Origin: Gammaproteobacteria bacterium
GTDB lineage: Bacteria; Pseudomonadota; Gammaproteobacteria; CAKMZV01
Assembly: GCA_965277625.1 (NCBI GenBank)
Contig: OZ255827.1
Location: 1,806,913 to 1,870,912, forward strand
Length of the DNA: 64,000 bases
Direction of reading: 5' to 3'
Position numbers and translations under genes: made by a program
The notes under the pieces: model-generated
The model's input: only the letters and a program-made list of their open reading frames with translations
What the model was told of the DNA's origin: nothing
Database searches by the model: none
Shown here: in pieces, positions 59,912 to 64,000 of the stretch
Layout: every line of letters starts with the position of its first letter
How positions within the stretch are numbered: position 1 is the stretch's first letter

Positions 59912-62421
59912 TACAACTCCAGCCCCATCTTCTTCAAGTGTGCTTCTACACGCTCCGAAAATTTAGAAACCTTTTCGGTCAGTTCTGGCATGGGGTGAGC
60001 ATAGCGTTCTTCCAACTCTTTCACGCGGTTTGCCAAAGTATGGGTGACGCGCTCAACTTCACCAGCGACATCAATGCTGAGACGAGCAAACCATTTGTCG
60101 ATCACAACTAACTCTTTAATGTCTTCAACACTTAGCTTAGCGTAATGAGACACAATTTTCTTATTAAGCTCTATTTGCTTAGACTTGATTTCGGAGGCAA
60201 GCGCATTTTCTTTAATAAATATAATTTCAGCTTCTACCAACACCTCCCATTCTTCTTTATTATCATTATCAATTTCCCGTTTTCCATTATTCTTTGTTGA
60301 AATTGCCCTCATACGATCTATTAGGCTGGTTTTGGTCAGGTTGCCTTTGTCATTCTTGGCTTCTTCCAGCAAACCTTCCTCGCCACTGTTTTCCTCGATC
60401 AACGCATCAATTTCCCCCGCAAGCGTTTCTCGCTGAGTTTCTAGCTTATCAATGGCTTGTTTCTCTTGCGCATAATACCGCTGTACAATCAAGGCTGGCG
60501 GGATCAAGTAAGCCTTGAATTTTTCAGTTTTTTTGCCCGATCCAATAACGATATCTGGAGTTTCTTTAATTTTTTTATTTTTGTGCTTTTCATCAGTAAT
60601 CGGGTGCAATTTTGCGGCATCTTCCCAACCTTTGCTTGAAATCTGATAAACATCATCTTGCATAACGTCAGACCAGTAATTCATCAAAAGCTGATAAATA
60701 TCGTATTTGTCGATCAGTGGAATCACAGCAACAGTTGCCAGGAGATCTTCAGAGATATTCCAGATCACCTCTTTTGGTTTACAACCTTGTTTAAGCGATT
60801 TTAAATAGCGTCCATGTTTGTCTTTCCAAAATATCAAAGTGTCTTTAGCCTCATGGGCAAATGCTTGATATTCATGAGACTCCATTATTTTGGTTTTAAC
60901 TTGATTGGCTGACACACGGGCAATCAAATAGTCAGTGCTTCCATTCTGCTTAAAAAGCGCTTCCCTTGTGGCTGTGAACTCATTCCAGTAGCGCTGTAGA
61001 TCATCAATATCTCGTTTGGGAATACCCCCTTTCAAATGAGCGGTCAGGTCATGGGTGTCAGCTTCTTCACCGCTATCAATATAGCGTGGCAGATTAAGGC
61101 TATAGTCGTTTTTTGGATCGGCGATTTCAGACAGCGGTACTGAGCGTGAGAAGCCCTCTATTTCTATCACCTTATTAAATACATCGACAATTTTATGGAT
61201 GTCTTGTTCGCGCAAACGGTTTTTATTCCCATCCTTGATAAAACCCTTGCTTGCATTGATCATGAAAATGCCTTTGCGTGATGTGGCATGCGACTTATCC
61301 AGCACAATAATGCAGGCTGGGATACCTGTGCCATAAAACAAATTGGCAGGCAGACCAATAATGCCTTTTATGTAGCCACGCTTCACCGCTTCTTTACGGA
61401 TGGACGCCTCAGCATGGCTTCGAAATAAAACTCCATGAGGCAAAATGACCGCGCCTTTTCCATTACTCTTTAATGAGTGGATAATGTGCAAAAAGAAAGC
61501 GTAATCACCGTTCTTTGTTGGTGGTACGCCGTAATCAAATCGCCCATAGGGATCAAAGATAGTTTGTGTGTATTCATTCCTCGCAAAGCCAGAATCCCAA
61601 GATTTTGTTGAAAATGGCGGGTTCGCTACGATGAAGTCAAAACGCTTAAGAGAATTCGGATTTTCATCTTCTTTGAAGTGAGGGTTTGATAGAGTATTGC
61701 CATTGATGATATCATAAGTAGCAGTAACCTGATTGTGCAATATCATATTCATTTTAGCCAGAGCGGTGGTTGCAATATCTTTTTCTTGCCCATAGATGGT
61801 CAAACCGCTTGGGGCTTCATCTGATGCTTTCAACAACAAAGAGCCCGAACCGCATGCGGGATCGTAAACGGTTTGATTTTGTCGAGTATCTTTGCCAATA
61901 CCAATCACTTTTGCCATAATGCGCGAGACTTCGGCAGGTGTATAGAATTGTCCCTTACTTTTACCGCTTTCTGTAGCGAAATGGCGCATCAGGTATTCGT
62001 ATGCATCGCCGAGCAAATCATCACCCTCTACTCTGTTGTTACGAAAATCAAGGTCATTAAAGATGGAGACCAACTTGGTAAGGCAGTCCTGCATATCCTT
62101 TCCTTTGCCGAGTTTATCCTCATCATTGAAGTCGGCAATATCAATCACACCTTTTAGGCCGTTGGATTCAGCCAGCTTCCCGATGGCCTTATTGATTTTA
62201 TCCCCGATTTCTTTATCGCCCCTCAGTGCAACCAAATCAGCAAAGTGACCGCCTGGGGGTATGTCTATTAATGAGCCTTCTTTGCCCTGCTGATCTGAAA
62301 CGTATTTTATAAATAAAAGCGTCAGCACATAGTCTTTGTACTGAGAGGCATCCATCCCTCCTCGTAATTCATCGCAACTTTTCCAAAGTGAGCTGTATAG
62401 TTCTGATTTTTTAATTGCCAT
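59911..62421 (-). CDS. hsdM: Type I R-M methyltransferase subunit (m6A)
   Basis: LW.SCDELRGGMD, GQFYTP, YDPACGSG, NPPF, PHGVLFR, LNLPRYID. Confidence 0.97.
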   Translation of the reverse strand: MAIKKSELYSSLWKSCDELRGGMDASQYKDYVLTLLFIKYVSDQQGKEGSLIDIPPGGHFADLVALRGDKEIGDKINKAIGKLAESNGLKGVIDIADFNDEDKLGKGKDMQDCLTKLVSIFNDLDFRNNRVEGDDLLGDAYEYLMRHFATESGKSKGQFYTPAEVSRIMAKVIGIGKDTRQNQTVYDPACGSGSLLLKASDEAPSGLTIYGQEKDIATTALAKMNMILHNQVTATYDIINGNTLSNPHFKEDENPNSLKRFDFIVANPPFSTKSWDSGFARNEYTQTIFDPYGRFDYGVPPTKNGDYAFFLHIIHSLKSNGKGAVILPHGVLFRSHAEASIRKEAVKRGYIKGIIGLPANLFYGTGIPACIIVLDKSHATSRKGIFMINASKGFIKDGNKNRLREQDIHKIVDVFNKVIEIEGFSRSVPLSEIADPKNDYSLNLPRYIDSGEEADTHDLTAHLKGGIPKRDIDDLQRYWNEFTATREALFKQNGSTDYLIARVSANQVKTKIMESHEYQAFAHEAKDTLIFWKDKHGRYLKSLKQGCKPKEVIWNISEDLLATVAVIPLIDKYDIYQLLMNYWSDVMQDDVYQISSKGWEDAAKLHPITDEKHKNKKIKETPDIVIGSGKKTEKFKAYLIPPALIVQRYYAQEKQAIDKLETQRETLAGEIDALIEENSGEEGLLEEAKNDKGNLTKTSLIDRMRAISTKNNGKREIDNDNKEEWEVLVEAEIIFIKENALASEIKSKQIELNKKIVSHYAKLSVEDIKELVVIDKWFARLSIDVAGEVERVTHTLANRVKELEERYAHPMPELTEKVSKFSERVEAHLKKMGLEL

Positions 62422-62500
62422 TTAACTTACCTATTGTTCCTGATTTTATTCATCTGTAATCACCCTCCTAAGGGCGACTAAAAAATGGATATTCTTCCGT

Positions 62501-63016
62501 TTATTTTTTATCTTTGTTAGAAGATAGTAATTCAATTCCCGCACCAATCGAAGCAAATATTAAGGCGGTATTCTTCGGATCAGTGCCAAAAATGGCAGAT
62601 ATTGCCTGTCCTGCCATCAGCGAGTGACCAATAGTTTTAGGCATCGGGGCTTTCATAAAAGCCAATCCAGCACCCATTGCTGCAATCAGAGCACGTTCAA
62701 TCTGTTAACTGTGCGTCTCTAAGCCATGGGCTATTCTGACTAAATGCTCACAGTTATTACTAAACAAATCATAAGGTAATTCCGAATATAGCATGGCCTT
62801 TTGCACAGCTTGTTCTGGAGTATCACTGGTAATCTTGTGATCTATTTGAATAGTTTTTCCGCCTGAAAATTCATTCAGAGGTTCACAACATACTTTTTGA
62901 TTTACTTTGGAGTTGTGGATTACGTTTCCCTTGCCAACATAAATTCCGTAATGATAATAGCCAGTCATCTTAATATAGAGGGTGTCACCCAATTTAAATT
63001 TGGTTTTATCATTCAT
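62501..63016 (-). pseudogene. LRAT/NC-domain (permuted NlpC/P60) protein interrupted by an in-frame TAA
   Basis: HYGIYVG...VIH, YDLFSNNCEH; stop at 62705-07 inside HS*QI, then 67 more in-frame codons (hydrophobic, Gly/Ala-rich) to TAA at 62501; AGGAGG RBS. Confidence 0.75.
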
Positions 63017-63405
63017 TATTTACCTCCTGATTATTTATAGACTTACCCAAACATAGGGCATTATACTCAACTCATCCCGAGCCTTAAAGATTGTTGTTCT
63101 ATGCTATCTAGTGACTATGTGTGTTTGAGCATTTGTTGTACTCATTAGGATAGATTCAACATTACGATGTCACACTGTATTGAAAATCTTCTTCGGAGAT
63201 TGGTTTGTCAATCATAAGATGTCATTTAACTTAATGCGGTAAGCACTTAAACCAAAAGGGTAACTCAGCAATTTAAGCAAAGCCCCTGCACAATTTACTA
63301 AAAGGCATATAATTGAACGCAGCAACATAATGCTGATAACATGGGGTGCAGATGCATTTGTACCCATTAAAAGTCACTCTAAGGACATAAGCAATTAGTC
63401 AATCA

Positions 63406-64000
63406 ATGATCATTCCCAATCAACCATCACCGCCAGTTCAGTTTGATGACCCTTTACTCAAGGGCGTTGATGTGGTTGTGATTGGGGGTGGCATCATTGG
63501 GATTTTGTCGGCTTTGTACTTGGCGCGTTCGGGTTTGTCCACGGCTGTTTTGGAGAAGGGTCTTGTTGGGGGTGAGCAGTCATCGAGAAATTGGGGTTGG
63601 ATTCGGCAGCAAGGGCGTGATGAGGCAGAATTGCCCATTATGATGGAGGCGTGTCGGTTGTGGCAGGAGATTGATGCTGAGGTGGATGGTCGAACGGGTT
63701 TTAAGAGAACGGGCATTATGTATTTGGCCAGTACGCAGAAGAAGCTCGACAGTCGCTTGGCATGGTTGGAAATGGCGCAAAAATATGGTTTAGATAGTCG
63801 GCATTTGCGCCCCGAGGATCTGAGTAAGTCCTTTAAGACCAAACATCATCCATGGAAGGGGGCGGTGCAGACTCCGAGTGATGCCCGTGCAGAGCCTTGG
63901 CAAGCAGTCACTCAAATGGCGCATTTGTGTCACTCACAAAATGTTTGCATAAAAGAGCATTGCGCGGTTCGAGCGTTGGACATTCAGGCTCAGACCATAA
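63406..64000 (+). CDS. FAD-dependent oxidoreductase (DAO/DadA family), 5' part, runs off the window
   Basis: DVVVIGGGIIG, EKG..GGEQSSRNWGWIRQQGRD..E; open to the window end. Confidence 0.88.
   Translation, partial: MIIPNQPSPPVQFDDPLLKGVDVVVIGGGIIGILSALYLARSGLSTAVLEKGLVGGEQSSRNWGWIRQQGRDEAELPIMMEACRLWQEIDAEVDGRTGFKRTGIMYLASTQKKLDSRLAWLEMAQKYGLDSRHLRPEDLSKSFKTKHHPWKGAVQTPSDARAEPWQAVTQMAHLCHSQNVCIKEHCAVRALDIQAQTI

Larger units (their letters stand above)
51204..63350. mobile_element. Genomic (defence) island at the tRNA-Leu 3' end; right boundary approximate
   Basis: AT-richer DNA, all genes on the minus strand, type I R-M, pseudogenes, att-arm-like motifs next to the tRNA; no integrase seen. 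Confidence 0.65.

Noticed and set aside
63438-63842. Minus-strand ORFs at the window end and other short antisense ORFs in the track
   Set aside because: Shadows of well-supported genes on the opposite strand or frame

Overview
Gammaproteobacterial chromosome segment. About 51 kb is housekeeping/metabolic DNA: a polyamine catabolism cluster (potI end, puuB, speB), pstC-pstA-pstB-phoU-pstS, selO, erpA, citrate synthase, glmM, waaC, a BCCT transporter, a long minus-strand run (proA-nadD-rsfS-rlmH-yhdP-bioH-bioC-proC-yggT-thiS-thiG-trmB-xthA/uraD fusion-uraH), uvrB, the str operon, and dacA-dat-ybeD-lolA. After tRNA-Leu(TAA) at 51116-51203 comes an ~12 kb AT-richer defence-type island with a type I R-M system (hsdM-hsdS-hsdR-YgjP-like peptidase), an interrupted LRAT-like gene, a stand-alone putative modified-DNA reader, and decayed cargo. 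Most notable: (1) hsdS is bracketed by inverted arrays of degenerate ATKGAKA heptamers that are also translated into the N-termini of HsdS and HsdR; (2) HsdS carries an ~195-aa C-terminal domain with DarG-CTD/SocA(Panacea)-like motifs; (3) an in-frame exonuclease III-OHCU decarboxylase fusion; (4) a sharp strand-skew flip across the island. All calls come from motif recognition by eye; no database searches were run.
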